NCBI GenBank assembly: GCA_003151815.1
Contig: PLYN01000045.1
Span: 126,511-190,510 of the forward strand
Source of the DNA: Bacteroidota bacterium
GTDB lineage: Bacteria > Bacteroidota > Bacteroidia > 2-12-FULL-35-15
DNA: 64,000 nt
Direction of reading: 5' to 3'
Positions 40,658 to 50,678 of the stretch are shown here, one piece after another. Numbering within the stretch: the stretch's first letter is position 1; each line of letters opens with the position of its first letter. Made by a program: the position numbers and the translations under genes. The notes under the pieces were generated by a model, which saw only the letters and a list, made by a program, of their open reading frames with translations, had not been told where the DNA came from and searched no databases.

Positions 40658-41599
40658 CTAATTTGTTATTATAACAATAGGTTCTGCCTTAGGAACCACT
40701 TTGTGGAATTTAATACCGATCATTAATTCATGCGTTCCGGAACTGTATCTTCTAATGTTGCTGGTAGTAAAATCGTATGAATAAGCAAAAGAAATATTTT
40801 CCTGAAACTTATACCCAAACATTGCCGAAACAGCATCCAAATAACGGTACATTGTACCTATCCATATTTTATCATGATAAATTGCCCGTAAACCTAAATT
40901 AAATGTTATAGGAGTCGGATTTGCATATTGAATGCAAGCAGAAGGTTCTAATACAAAATCTGAGTTCAACTTATATTTATATCCAGTTGTAAAATAATAA
41001 TGTCTTGCCAATGTACTTAAAGATGACGTAGAAATGTTAACAAAATTTATTTTACTCTGAAACATTTGAGGAACACTTGCTCCAACATACCATTTGTGAT
41101 CTGTTGAATAGGCATAAATTCCTGCACCGAAATCGGGTGCAATAACAGATTGAAGACCATTGGTAATCACTATATCTGAAGGATCCCGCAAAGCGATTTG
41201 TGAGCCATCCACCGAAAATTGCACGACACCTCCTGATAAACCCAAAGAGACTTTAACTTTTTCGGCAACTCTGATTTGATAGGCATAAGAAAAAGACATA
41301 CCAATTCTCCTAGTTGGACCCACTATATCGGTATATATTGAACCTCCTAGTCCCATATTTAAAGATTTGGTTGGACCTTGCGCAGTTAATATATATGTTC
41401 GTGGTGCGTCAGTAAGTCCGACCCATTGATAACGATTATTTGATATCCCTTCGAAATAGGAAGTAGTTCCGGCAACAGCAGGATTCATCGCAAAATTATT
41501 AAGCATATAATTACTGTATTGAGGTAACTGTTGCGCGTTAACCTGAATAGCTATAAAAATTAACAATACGATGGAAAGAATGCTTTTCCGTGATAACAT
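40658..41599 (-). CDS. porP: T9SS membrane protein PorP/SprF family
   Basis: AQQLPQYSNY...NPAVAG, RYQWVG...AP.T, YSYD, GTHE; directly downstream of a type B CTD gene. Start 41599 or 41620. Confidence 0.92.
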   Translation of the reverse strand: MLSRKSILSIVLLIFIAIQVNAQQLPQYSNYMLNNFAMNPAVAGTTSYFEGISNNRYQWVGLTDAPRTYILTAQGPTKSLNMGLGGSIYTDIVGPTRRIGMSFSYAYQIRVAEKVKVSLGLSGGVVQFSVDGSQIALRDPSDIVITNGLQSVIAPDFGAGIYAYSTDHKWYVGASVPQMFQSKINFVNISTSSLSTLARHYYFTTGYKYKLNSDFVLEPSACIQYANPTPITFNLGLRAIYHDKIWIGTMYRYLDAVSAMFGYKFQENISFAYSYDFTTSNIRRYSSGTHELMIGIKFHKVVPKAEPIVIITN

Positions 41600-41668
41600 A
41601 TCAATATCAGTTTTTGTCAATTCTAAATTGTATTAAAAAAATTCACTTAAATTATAATATAACACCCA

Positions 41669-44600
41669 TTATCTCATAATAGTAACCGGACCAGTATATG
41701 CATCAGGAAACGCAGGATCATTTAAAATAATTATATAATAATAGGTTCCAACAGGCAAAGGTTTACCTTTAAAATTACCATCCCATTTTTCTGTGTATCC
41801 CGGAGACCTGAATACTAACTCACCCCATCTATTATAAATTTCCACATTATTATTAGGGTAAGAATCCAAGAAATCAACTATCCATGTATCATTTACTCCA
41901 TCACTATTTGGTGTAAATCCTCCAGGAGGTGCGAATTGAGGAAGTATTTTTACTAATACCGAATCAGTTGCTTTACAACTACCTAAGGTAACAATTACTG
42001 TATAAACGGTTGTACTTGTTGGCTTCGTAACCGGATTGGCATAAGTGTTATCAATAAATCCTGCCGAAGGATTCCAAATATAATGTGAACCTGCAATACC
42101 TGTTGGGCTGCCACCAAGTGTAATGCTTGCACCGGAAATAATGCTAATGTCAGCTCCCGCATTTGCAGTAGCTTTAGGTTCTACCGAAATGTTGTAGCTG
42201 GAAACGGAACCAACACAGCCATTTAAGGTAGATGTAACAGTTATAAGTCCCGATAGGGTGGATGCTGTATTATTTGTACCGGTAAAACCGGGAACATTTC
42301 CTACTCCATTTGCAGCTAATCCAATTGCCGGATTGGAATTTGTCCAGGTATAAGTTGGAATATTAACAAAAGATGTTGTTACAACTGCATCACCATCGCA
42401 AACATCTGTATTGGCAGGAACTGTAAAGCTTGGAAACATTGTTATTATAACGATACTCGAATCTTTGATCAAAGTACCTGAACAATCATAAGTGTTGTAA
42501 ACCATATATGTTCCTTGAGCACTTGCTGTAAGATCAATTAATCCGGTGAAAGGATCTGAAAAAACCAAACCTGCCGATGACGTAAAAACTCCAGGGAAGG
42601 ATCCTGCAGGGAATGTAGGAGAAGCGTTGGGTGTTGAACTTTGACAATATGGTCCGGCATAGCTAAAGGATGCAGTTGGACTTGGTAAATTGGTAATATT
42701 AACAACAAAAGTACCGGTATTAGGACAAGTACCGCCAACATTAGTATAACTTATGGTATACGTACCAACGTTACTTATGCTTAAATTTATTTGACCTGTT
42801 GAAACAGATACAAAAACGATGCCTGCCGGAGAAGCACTAAATACCCCACCTGAAACACCTGTTATAGTCGGCGTTGGATTTAATATTGCTCCTTGACAAA
42901 AAGATGAGTATGAATAATTAAATGAGGCATCTTCTGCAGGATTAATTGTAACAGTATTAGTGGAAGGAGTAGCACCATTACAACCAAGCGTATTGGTTAT
43001 AGTATAGATTCCTACTGTGGATACTGAAAGATCAATTAATCCGGTAAATTTATTTGCAAATACCAAACCTGCTGGGGCAGAAAAAACTCCGGCACTCGCT
43101 CCAAGTGCTGGAATAAAAGTTGGACTTGGATCAGCAACATTCTTGCAATAAGGACCGGCATAACTAAAACCAGTGCCTGGAGGACTGGAGTTTGTTATAG
43201 TAACACCAAAAGTACTCGAAGTAGGACAAGCACCGTTAGTGGTATATGTTATAGCATAAGGTGAGCCTATATTTAAAGTACTTGCTAATAAATTTATTTG
43301 ACCTGTTACTGCATTAAAAACGATTCCTGATGTAGCAGAACTAAATGTTCCACCTGCTAATCCTGCAATTGTTGGACTTGGATCTATACCTGATTGGCAG
43401 AAAGTAGAGGATGAATAATTAAATGAGGCATCGTCCACAGCGTTAATGGTAACAGTATTAGTGAACGTGAAAACTCCGCCTGCCGCACATTTTGGAATAG
43501 TATTAGTTACAGTATAGGTTCCGGCCGCACTTGCTGTAAGATCAATTAAACCGGTGAATTTATTTGCAAACACCAAACCTCCCGTGGGTTCTGTAAAAAC
43601 ACCGGCACTCGATCCAACAACCGTGAAAGTCGGAGTTGGATTAGGAGTACTATTTTTGCAATATGCAGCAATTGGATAACTAAAATTAGGTACCGGAGGA
43701 TTAGAAACAGTAACACCAAAAATGGTTGAGTCGGGACAAGTACCATTCGTAACGTATTTTACTGAATATACTTTTAGAGCGCTTGCGCTCAAATTAATTT
43801 CACCTGTTGAAGTAGATACAAAAACAAGACCTACTGGAGACGAGCTAAACGTTCCACCTGCTTTGGCGATAAATGTTGGAGTAGGATTAATACCAGTTTT
43901 GCAAAAAGTAGAAGATAAATAATTAAATGTAGCATCGTCTATTGGGTTTATTGTTACTGAACTGAATTTCACAAAAGGTGCGCCTCCTATAGAACATGGT
44001 GGAATAGTATTGGTAACAGTATAGGTTCCAGGAGAACTTGCGGTTAAATCAATTTCACCGGTAAATTTATTAGCAAAAACTAAACCCGGGGTAGTCGTAA
44101 AAACGCCGGCACTTGATCCCCCAACAAAACCTGGAAATGGATTGGCGCTGTTTTGACAAAACGGATCCGAATAAATGAAATTCGCCTTGGGTGAATTTGT
44201 AATAGTAAGCCCAAAAGTGCTTGAATCCGGACAAGTACCGCTAGTAACATATTTCACAGTATAAACTGTGGCAGTACTTGCACTCAAATTAATTTCACCT
44301 GTCGAAGTAGATATAAAAACAAGACCTGCCGGGGTAGCGCTAAATATTCCGCCTGCTGTGGCTATGAATGTTGGAATTGTTGGATTAGGATCTGTTTTAC
44401 AAAAAGTAGAAGATGAATAATTAAATGAAGGATCGTCAAAAGGGTCTACGGTAACAGTTGCTGTAATTGCTGTCCCCGCACATCCATTCGCAGAAGGAGT
44501 AATGGTGTAAACTGCATTGCCTGATGTTAGCCCTGTTAATGTTAAGACTTGATCAATAAAACTTGAATTAATGGTATCAAAAGCCCCACTTACACCATTT

Positions 44601-47600
44601 TGAACAACAGTCCAATTAAAAGTAGTACCTAAAACAGGACTTGATAATATTATATTGGGAGCAGTACCGGTACAAATAGTTTGACCGGCAGGCGTTGCTG
44701 TTGAAACCGGATTTACAGTAACAGTACTGGTAACGTCTGTTCCAAGACATCCGTTCATTTTTGGAGTAATGGTATACACCGCTGTTCCGGCAACAGTAAG
44801 TGTCGATGTTAAAATTTGAGCAATGGGTCCGATGGTATCAATAACCGCCGAAGCACCGGAAACACCTGTAGGAACTACCGTCCAGTCAAATAACGTACCT
44901 GCCACATTACTTGTCAATACAACATTTGCAGCTATGCCCGAACAAATCGTTGACGTTATATTTGATACTATAACATCAGGTAACGGATTTACAGTGATGG
45001 TTACATCAACCGGTAAACCGGAACATCCGCTTGCTGATGGCGTAACAGTATAAACTGCTGAACCTGCTGAGGTAGTTGTTGCCGTTAGAATTTGACTGAT
45101 ATCGCCATTATTGGGAATATTTACAGAATCTCTGGCACCCACCACATTTGTTTGAACTATGGTCCAGTCGAAGGTGGTGCCCGGAATCGTACTTGTCAAT
45201 AAAACATTAGGTGAAGTACCCGAACATATTGTTGGAGAAGCGGGTGTTGTTACAGAAAGCGGATTTACTGAAACAACAACTAAAAAAGATGGTCCAACAC
45301 ATCCATTTAATGAAGGGGTAATCGAATAAGTTGCTGTTCCGGCAGCAATTCCTGTTGTTGTTAATGTTTGAGTAATATTTGAGCCGGCACTTGATATAGC
45401 ACCACTTACACCAACTTGATCTACGGTCCATGTAAAAGAAGAACCTGCCAGGGAAGTTAAAGCAATACTTGTAGTTCCACCCGAGCATATAGTTGATGCC
45501 GCAGGCGTTGCGATTATGTCCGGTATTGGTGTTACTGTAATTGTATCTAAAAAAGGCGCCCCATCGCATAAATTTGTTGTAGGAATAATAGTGTATGTAG
45601 CGGTACCATTAACAGGTCCTGTTGCCGTTAATGTTTCAATGATAGGGTTTGTTGTGCCGGATGAGGGACCTGTATTTGATGCGCCAACTTGGGAAACTGT
45701 CCATGCATAAGTTGTACCTGCTCCTAAATCATTATTCAATGTTATATTGGTATTTGTACCCGAACATATAGTTGACAATGCATTTGTTGCAGTTGCATTT
45801 GGTAATGGTTTTACTGTAACGATAACAGTAATTGGTATCCCCGGACAACCGTTTATTGTTGGCGTAACCGAATACGTTGCAGTTCCGGCAACAATACCTT
45901 TTGCCGTTAAAGTTTGCGTGATGGCTGTTAAGCTACTACCCGGTAAGGCACCGCCAACCCCGGTTGAATCTATTACTGTCCAATTAAATACAGTACCAAC
46001 AACATGAGTAGAAAAAATTACATTGCTTACCTCTCCGGAACAAATAGTTGAAGGTAGTGCACTTGCATCCGGAGTGGGATTTACTGTAATGGTAACGGTA
46101 AATGGTGCTCCCGGACAACCACTTGCGGTTGGTGTAACAGTATATACTGCTGTTTGTTGGGTAGTAGTTGCATTTGATAATTGCTGTTGTATAGTATCAT
46201 TATTGTTTGGAAAAGCGCCAAGCGCCAATCCTGATGCATCTACCGTCCATGCAAATGTAGTTCCTGCAACAGCACTTTGTAAAGGTACCAATGTAGTACT
46301 ATCTGAACAAATTGTTTGTGTGGTAATTGTTGAGGTGATAACCGGAGTAGGGTTTATGGTAATGGTAACGGTAATTGGACTTCCCGGACACCCATTTGCT
46401 AATGGTGTAATGGTATAAATAGCGAAACCGGCGGTAATATCTGTATTTGTTAATGTTTGCTGAATGCTATCGTTACTTCCTAATAAAGCACCTGTTACCA
46501 ATGGAGAAACAGCTACTGTCCAGCTATAGGTTGTTCCGGCCACACCACCTGTTAGCACTATCAATGTAGTGCTGTCCGAACAAATTGTTTGGGCAGCCGG
46601 AATCGCCGTAACACTTGGGGTAGGATTAACAGTTAATGTAATATTATAAGGAATTCCGAGACATCCGTTGGCGGTGGGAGTAATTGTGTAAATGGCTGTA
46701 AGCGGTGCAGGAGTTGGATTATGCAATGTTCTTATTATGGTATCTTTATTTCCAGGTGAAAAATCACCTGTTAAACTAGGATCCGGAACCACTGTCCAAT
46801 TATAGGTTGTTCCGGCAACATGGCTTGTTAATACTATCGATGTGGTACTGTCGGAACAAATCGTAGCTGTATTCAGTGTTGTGACATCTGGTGTTGGCTC
46901 TACTCTAACCGTATCTGTATAGATTGGACCAGTACAGCCATCTGAAGTTCCGGTAATTGAATAAACAGCAGAATCCGCTACAAAAGCGTTGTTAATTAAA
47001 GTTTGTTTTATACTGTCGTTATTGCCAACAAGAGGAAAAGGAGAATTCGAAGCCCCCAATAAGCCTGAAGGATTAACTGTCCAGGCAAATGTTGTATTTG
47101 CTATTAAGCTACTTGACAATTCGATAAAAGAAGTGCTGTCCGAACAAATGGTGTCAGAAGTGTGAGGCGTTGAAATTACATCGGGAAGTGGTTTTACAAT
47201 GGTCCAATATTCAGCTGAGCCTTTACAAGCATTCGCAGAATTTGAAATGGTTATAAGATAAACTACAGTATCAGATGCTATACTTGTAGTTGTTAAAGTT
47301 TGAGTGGGTATTGTGGTTGTAGGTCCATTGTCGAATGTTGGATTCCGACCACTTAAAAATCCACCTGATAATGGATATACTACAAATGTACTCCATTTAA
47401 AAGTCGTAGTGGCAGGTGGCGCATCTGACGTTAAATTAACCAAAGTGGTGCTTGAACCGGAACAGACTTTTTGCTCCGAAGAGCCTGTTAAATGCGGAGC
47501 AGGATTAATATAAACCTTATACTCCGTAATAGGACCGGGACAACCGTTAACAGTGATGCTATAGGTAACCACTTTTTGGACATTGCTCGAATTTGAAATA

Positions 47601-48718
47601 TTTTGTATTGGTATAGAATCCATCTCCGCTCCCGGAGGATGTGGATTGTTAATAGAACCTATTGTATCATACCCGCTTAGGAAAGGCAAATGTGGCGTTG
47701 CCGCCCAGTCATAATAGGTTCCTATCATGTCCGACGTAAGTTTTACCAAAGTGGTACTATGACCGGAACATATTGTTTGGCTCATCGGACTGTTTGTTAT
47801 TATAGGTGTTTGAGTCACGTCCACCTCAAAATCCACCTGATTGCCGGCACAACCATTAGCAGTAGGAATAATGCTATAAATAACAGAGCCTCCACCCAAT
47901 CCATTACCATGAGCTGCATCGGAATATAACATTTGTACAATGCTAACATTATCAAACCCTAATCCCGGAAGCGCTCCGGATGTATTTGCCTGAGCAGTGT
48001 CCCATGTAAATTTTGTACCTGAAAATGTAGATGTTAAATCAATGGCACTAGGATTTCCGGAACATATTGTTTGAGAGTTGGTTCCACCACTGTTTGTGTT
48101 AACTGTTGGTTTCGGATTCACTAAAATAGTCGCTGTAATAGGGCTGCCTGTACAAGCACCATCCTTCGGGGTAATGGTATAAGTTACAGATCCAACGGAG
48201 TTGCTTGGAAAGCAATTCAAAGTCTGGATAATATCCCCGGGAGCAGCAATGCTACCTGAATTGGCACCATTTAGTTTTATTGCAGCTGTTACCCATGTAA
48301 AAGAAGTGGTGCTTCCTAAATTACTTGATAACGTAATTACAGCATTAGAAGGCAATCCGGAACAAATGGTTTGAGCCGATGGCGTTGCTGTTGCTACGGG
48401 ACCAACTGTAACTGTTGCAGTGGCAACTGTGAATGGAGCATTGGTGTCAGTTACTGTATAGGTAGTAGTAACGCTGGGACTAGCAACCGTAATAGGATTT
48501 ACAGTTTCACCTGTTGACCAAGTATAACTGCCGGAACCGCCACTTGCTGTGAGAATAGGATTAGCATCTCCTTTACAAATAGTTACGGAATTAACTGTAA
48601 CCTGAGCATGAACTTGTTGTGAAGCTATAGAAAAAAACAATAAAAATATTAGCTGTAGTAAACCTTTCCAGCCGAATGTTTGAGATTTTAAAATTTTTAT
48701 TGTAAGACTTTTTTTCAA
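41669..48718 (-). CDS. Large T9SS type B CTD surface protein (SprB-like) with PKD-like repeats, 2349 aa
   Basis: Signal peptide VHA-Q; many TICSG...F.WTV...YTITP..NGC repeats; C-terminal FTPNSDGVNDTW...IYNRWGE...WDG...GTYYY; TATCTTTG box at 48786-48793. Confidence 0.92.
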   Translation of the reverse strand: MKKSLTIKILKSQTFGWKGLLQLIFLLFFSIASQQVHAQVTVNSVTICKGDANPILTASGGSGSYTWSTGETVNPITVASPSVTTTYTVTDTNAPFTVATATVTVGPVATATPSAQTICSGLPSNAVITLSSNLGSTTSFTWVTAAIKLNGANSGSIAAPGDIIQTLNCFPSNSVGSVTYTITPKDGACTGSPITATILVNPKPTVNTNSGGTNSQTICSGNPSAIDLTSTFSGTKFTWDTAQANTSGALPGLGFDNVSIVQMLYSDAAHGNGLGGGSVIYSIIPTANGCAGNQVDFEVDVTQTPIITNSPMSQTICSGHSTTLVKLTSDMIGTYYDWAATPHLPFLSGYDTIGSINNPHPPGAEMDSIPIQNISNSSNVQKVVTYSITVNGCPGPITEYKVYINPAPHLTGSSEQKVCSGSSTTLVNLTSDAPPATTTFKWSTFVVYPLSGGFLSGRNPTFDNGPTTTIPTQTLTTTSIASDTVVYLITISNSANACKGSAEYWTIVKPLPDVISTPHTSDTICSDSTSFIELSSSLIANTTFAWTVNPSGLLGASNSPFPLVGNNDSIKQTLINNAFVADSAVYSITGTSDGCTGPIYTDTVRVEPTPDVTTLNTATICSDSTTSIVLTSHVAGTTYNWTVVPDPSLTGDFSPGNKDTIIRTLHNPTPAPLTAIYTITPTANGCLGIPYNITLTVNPTPSVTAIPAAQTICSDSTTLIVLTGGVAGTTYSWTVAVSPLVTGALLGSNDSIQQTLTNTDITAGFAIYTITPLANGCPGSPITVTITINPTPVITSTITTQTICSDSTTLVPLQSAVAGTTFAWTVDASGLALGAFPNNNDTIQQQLSNATTTQQTAVYTVTPTASGCPGAPFTVTITVNPTPDASALPSTICSGEVSNVIFSTHVVGTVFNWTVIDSTGVGGALPGSSLTAITQTLTAKGIVAGTATYSVTPTINGCPGIPITVIVTVKPLPNATATNALSTICSGTNTNITLNNDLGAGTTYAWTVSQVGASNTGPSSGTTNPIIETLTATGPVNGTATYTIIPTTNLCDGAPFLDTITVTPIPDIIATPAASTICSGGTTSIALTSLAGSSFTWTVDQVGVSGAISSAGSNITQTLTTTGIAAGTATYSITPSLNGCVGPSFLVVVSVNPLSVTTPASPTICSGTSPNVLLTSTIPGTTFDWTIVQTNVVGARDSVNIPNNGDISQILTATTTSAGSAVYTVTPSASGCSGLPVDVTITVNPLPDVIVSNITSTICSGIAANVVLTSNVAGTLFDWTVVPTGVSGASAVIDTIGPIAQILTSTLTVAGTAVYTITPKMNGCLGTDVTSTVTVNPVSTATPAGQTICTGTAPNIILSSPVLGTTFNWTVVQNGVSGAFDTINSSFIDQVLTLTGLTSGNAVYTITPSANGCAGTAITATVTVDPFDDPSFNYSSSTFCKTDPNPTIPTFIATAGGIFSATPAGLVFISTSTGEINLSASTATVYTVKYVTSGTCPDSSTFGLTITNSPKANFIYSDPFCQNSANPFPGFVGGSSAGVFTTTPGLVFANKFTGEIDLTASSPGTYTVTNTIPPCSIGGAPFVKFSSVTINPIDDATFNYLSSTFCKTGINPTPTFIAKAGGTFSSSPVGLVFVSTSTGEINLSASALKVYSVKYVTNGTCPDSTIFGVTVSNPPVPNFSYPIAAYCKNSTPNPTPTFTVVGSSAGVFTEPTGGLVFANKFTGLIDLTASAAGTYTVTNTIPKCAAGGVFTFTNTVTINAVDDASFNYSSSTFCQSGIDPSPTIAGLAGGTFSSATSGIVFNAVTGQINLLASTLNIGSPYAITYTTNGACPTSSTFGVTITNSSPPGTGFSYAGPYCKNVADPSPTFIPALGASAGVFSAPAGLVFANKFTGLIDLSVSTVGIYTITNTLGCNGATPSTNTVTINPAEDASFNYSYSSFCQGAILNPTPTITGVSGGVFSASPAGIVFVSVSTGQINLSISNVGTYTISYTNVGGTCPNTGTFVVNITNLPSPTASFSYAGPYCQSSTPNASPTFPAGSFPGVFTSSAGLVFSDPFTGLIDLTASAQGTYMVYNTYDCSGTLIKDSSIVIITMFPSFTVPANTDVCDGDAVVTTSFVNIPTYTWTNSNPAIGLAANGVGNVPGFTGTNNTASTLSGLITVTSTLNGCVGSVSSYNISVEPKATANAGADISIISGASITLGGSPTGIAGSHYIWNPSAGFIDNTYANPVTKPTSTTVYTVIVTLGSCKATDSVLVKILPQFAPPGGFTPNSDGVNDTWIVDFLDSYPNNNVEIYNRWGELVFRSPGYTEKWDGNFKGKPLPVGTYYYIIILNDPAFPDAYTGPVTIMR

Positions 48719-49087
48719 TTATCCGGTTTTTAGTTTATCCGTATCTCAATTAAATGTTCATAGTGCTTGAGATAAAATTACTGCTCAAAGATATTATTTT
48801 ATTTTTTAAACAACCAAGAATTTTAAAATAGAACATTTTTTTATAAACGATGATACGTTCATAATATCCTTTATTAAAATGAAAACATGGGAATTCCCTT
48901 CACCTGATTATGCATAACAATACGTTTTGCTTATACATTTTATTTTCAAAAAATGTTTCAAAAATCATTCGATTTTACAATAAAAATAACTCTTTCGTTA
49001 AATATTGTTTATTCAATTTTTCTTTTTTATGATTACAATCATTTCTTTTTAATCGTCTGAATTTATAATAATAAGCCATTATAATTT

Positions 49088-49095
49088 TAGATTTG
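49088..49095 (+). promoter_or_regulatory. -7 promoter box (TAGATTTG) 4 nt upstream of ATG 49100
   Basis: Matches TAnnTTTG. Confidence 0.55.
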
Positions 49096-49099
49096 CCGA

Positions 49100-50545
49100 A
49101 TGAAAAAACTAAAAACAAAAATGTTGGTGCTTGCTTTTTCAGCATTCTTTGCACCATTATCAAAGGGGCAACAAACAAGAAAGGTAGATGATTTTAATGG
49201 AATTAAGATAACTGATTCGTTTACAATCATTATTTCGCAAAGCGATGTAAATACTGTTACAATTAATGCTGACACAACTTTACTACCAAAAATAAAAACT
49301 GAAATCACTGAAGGTATTTTAAACATAAGAACTGAAGACAACATCAAAAATGAACACCCCATCATAATCAACATTGCAATAAAATCATTGAATAGTTTGA
49401 ATGTTTCAGGCTCAACAGATATAAAAACCGCCAATCAATTAAATTGCAGTAAACTATTTATAGAATCCGGTAGTGCCGGTAATGTGAGTTTGGATGTGAA
49501 AGCAGATGAAATAAAAACACAAATTAACGGTATAGGTGATGTTGCTTTAACCGGCAGTGCAGAAATACTGGATGCAAATGTATCGGGTGCGGGTGATTTA
49601 AGAGCTTCTAACCTGGAAGTTGATAAAGCAAAAGTGAACGTATCGGGAACGGGAAATGCAAAGATAAATGTTAAACAAACTTTAGATGCTGATATAACAG
49701 GGACCGGCTCAATAATTTACAAAGGTAAACCTGTTGTGCGGAACATAACCATTACCGGAACCGGCTCTGTTCGTGAAAGCAAAAGCGGAAACGGCGAAGA
49801 AACTACCAATGATACCACTAAATTAAAATTTGGCAAAAAAAAATACAGTATCATTCACGATGGAAATGATTTAATCAATCGAAATAAAAAATTGTTTTTC
49901 AAGGAATATAACAGAACGTTTAAAAACTGGACGGGAATTGAATTCGGCATCAATGGCTTGCTCGATAATAAAAACAGTTTGGATGTTCCTCCATCAGCTG
50001 AGTTTTTAAAATTGAATTATTCAAGATCTTTTCAATTCGGAATCAATCTTTTGGAAAAAGATTTTCACATCTTCCAAAATTATTTAAACATTGTAACGGG
50101 CTTTGGTTTCGATTTTAATCATTATGCACTTCAAAAAGATGTTACATTATCAACCAACACCGATTTTTTATCCGCACAAGTGGATAGCTCTTTTTATTAT
50201 AAAAAAAATAAATTAAATGTAAGTTATATCAAAGCACCCTTATTATTGGAATTGAACACAAGCAAAAATTCAAAAAACAACTTGCATATTGCTATAGGCT
50301 TTGAATTTGCCTGGAGAATACATGCAGTCCAAAAACAGAAAAAGGAATTGGGCGATAAATTATATAAAATAAAAATACGGGACGATTTTAATCTACAACC
50401 TTTCCGTTATAGTGCTGTTGCACGTTTGGGCTTCAAGAACATTACACTATTTGCAAATTATGGAATCAACCGGTTATTCCTAAAAAATCAAGGACCTCAG
50501 GTATATCCATTTACTATTGGTTTAGCGATTAATTTTAATAAATAA
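49100..50545 (+). CDS. Head GIN (DUF2807) domain fused to an outer-membrane beta-barrel
   Basis: Repeated SG.G.I/V beta-helix motifs (aa ~28-225), then barrel-like strands ending in GLAINF. Confidence 0.78.
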   Translation: MKKLKTKMLVLAFSAFFAPLSKGQQTRKVDDFNGIKITDSFTIIISQSDVNTVTINADTTLLPKIKTEITEGILNIRTEDNIKNEHPIIINIAIKSLNSLNVSGSTDIKTANQLNCSKLFIESGSAGNVSLDVKADEIKTQINGIGDVALTGSAEILDANVSGAGDLRASNLEVDKAKVNVSGTGNAKINVKQTLDADITGTGSIIYKGKPVVRNITITGTGSVRESKSGNGEETTNDTTKLKFGKKKYSIIHDGNDLINRNKKLFFKEYNRTFKNWTGIEFGINGLLDNKNSLDVPPSAEFLKLNYSRSFQFGINLLEKDFHIFQNYLNIVTGFGFDFNHYALQKDVTLSTNTDFLSAQVDSSFYYKKNKLNVSYIKAPLLLELNTSKNSKNNLHIAIGFEFAWRIHAVQKQKKELGDKLYKIKIRDDFNLQPFRYSAVARLGFKNITLFANYGINRLFLKNQGPQVYPFTIGLAINFNK

Positions 50546-50588
50546 ATAATAAGTTTAAAGAAGTTGTCATCTAAGAAAGATGCTCCAT

Positions 50589-50625
50589 AAAAAAAGCATC
50601 CCGCAGTATTTGCAGGATGCTTTTT
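50589..50625. terminator. Bidirectional intrinsic terminator
   Basis: AAAAAGCATCC...GGATGCTTTTT between convergent genes. Confidence 0.88.
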
Positions 50626-50652
50626 AAACTTTAAACTTTCAAACTTTGAACT
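50626..50652. repeat. AACTTTA/AACTTTG family arm next to the terminator
   Basis: AAACTTTAAACTTTCAAACTTTGAACT; degenerate partner AAGTTTAAAGAAGTTG at 50551-50566. Confidence 0.75.
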
Positions 50653-50678
50653 ATCTTCCCTTTTTAAACTGCCTTGCC

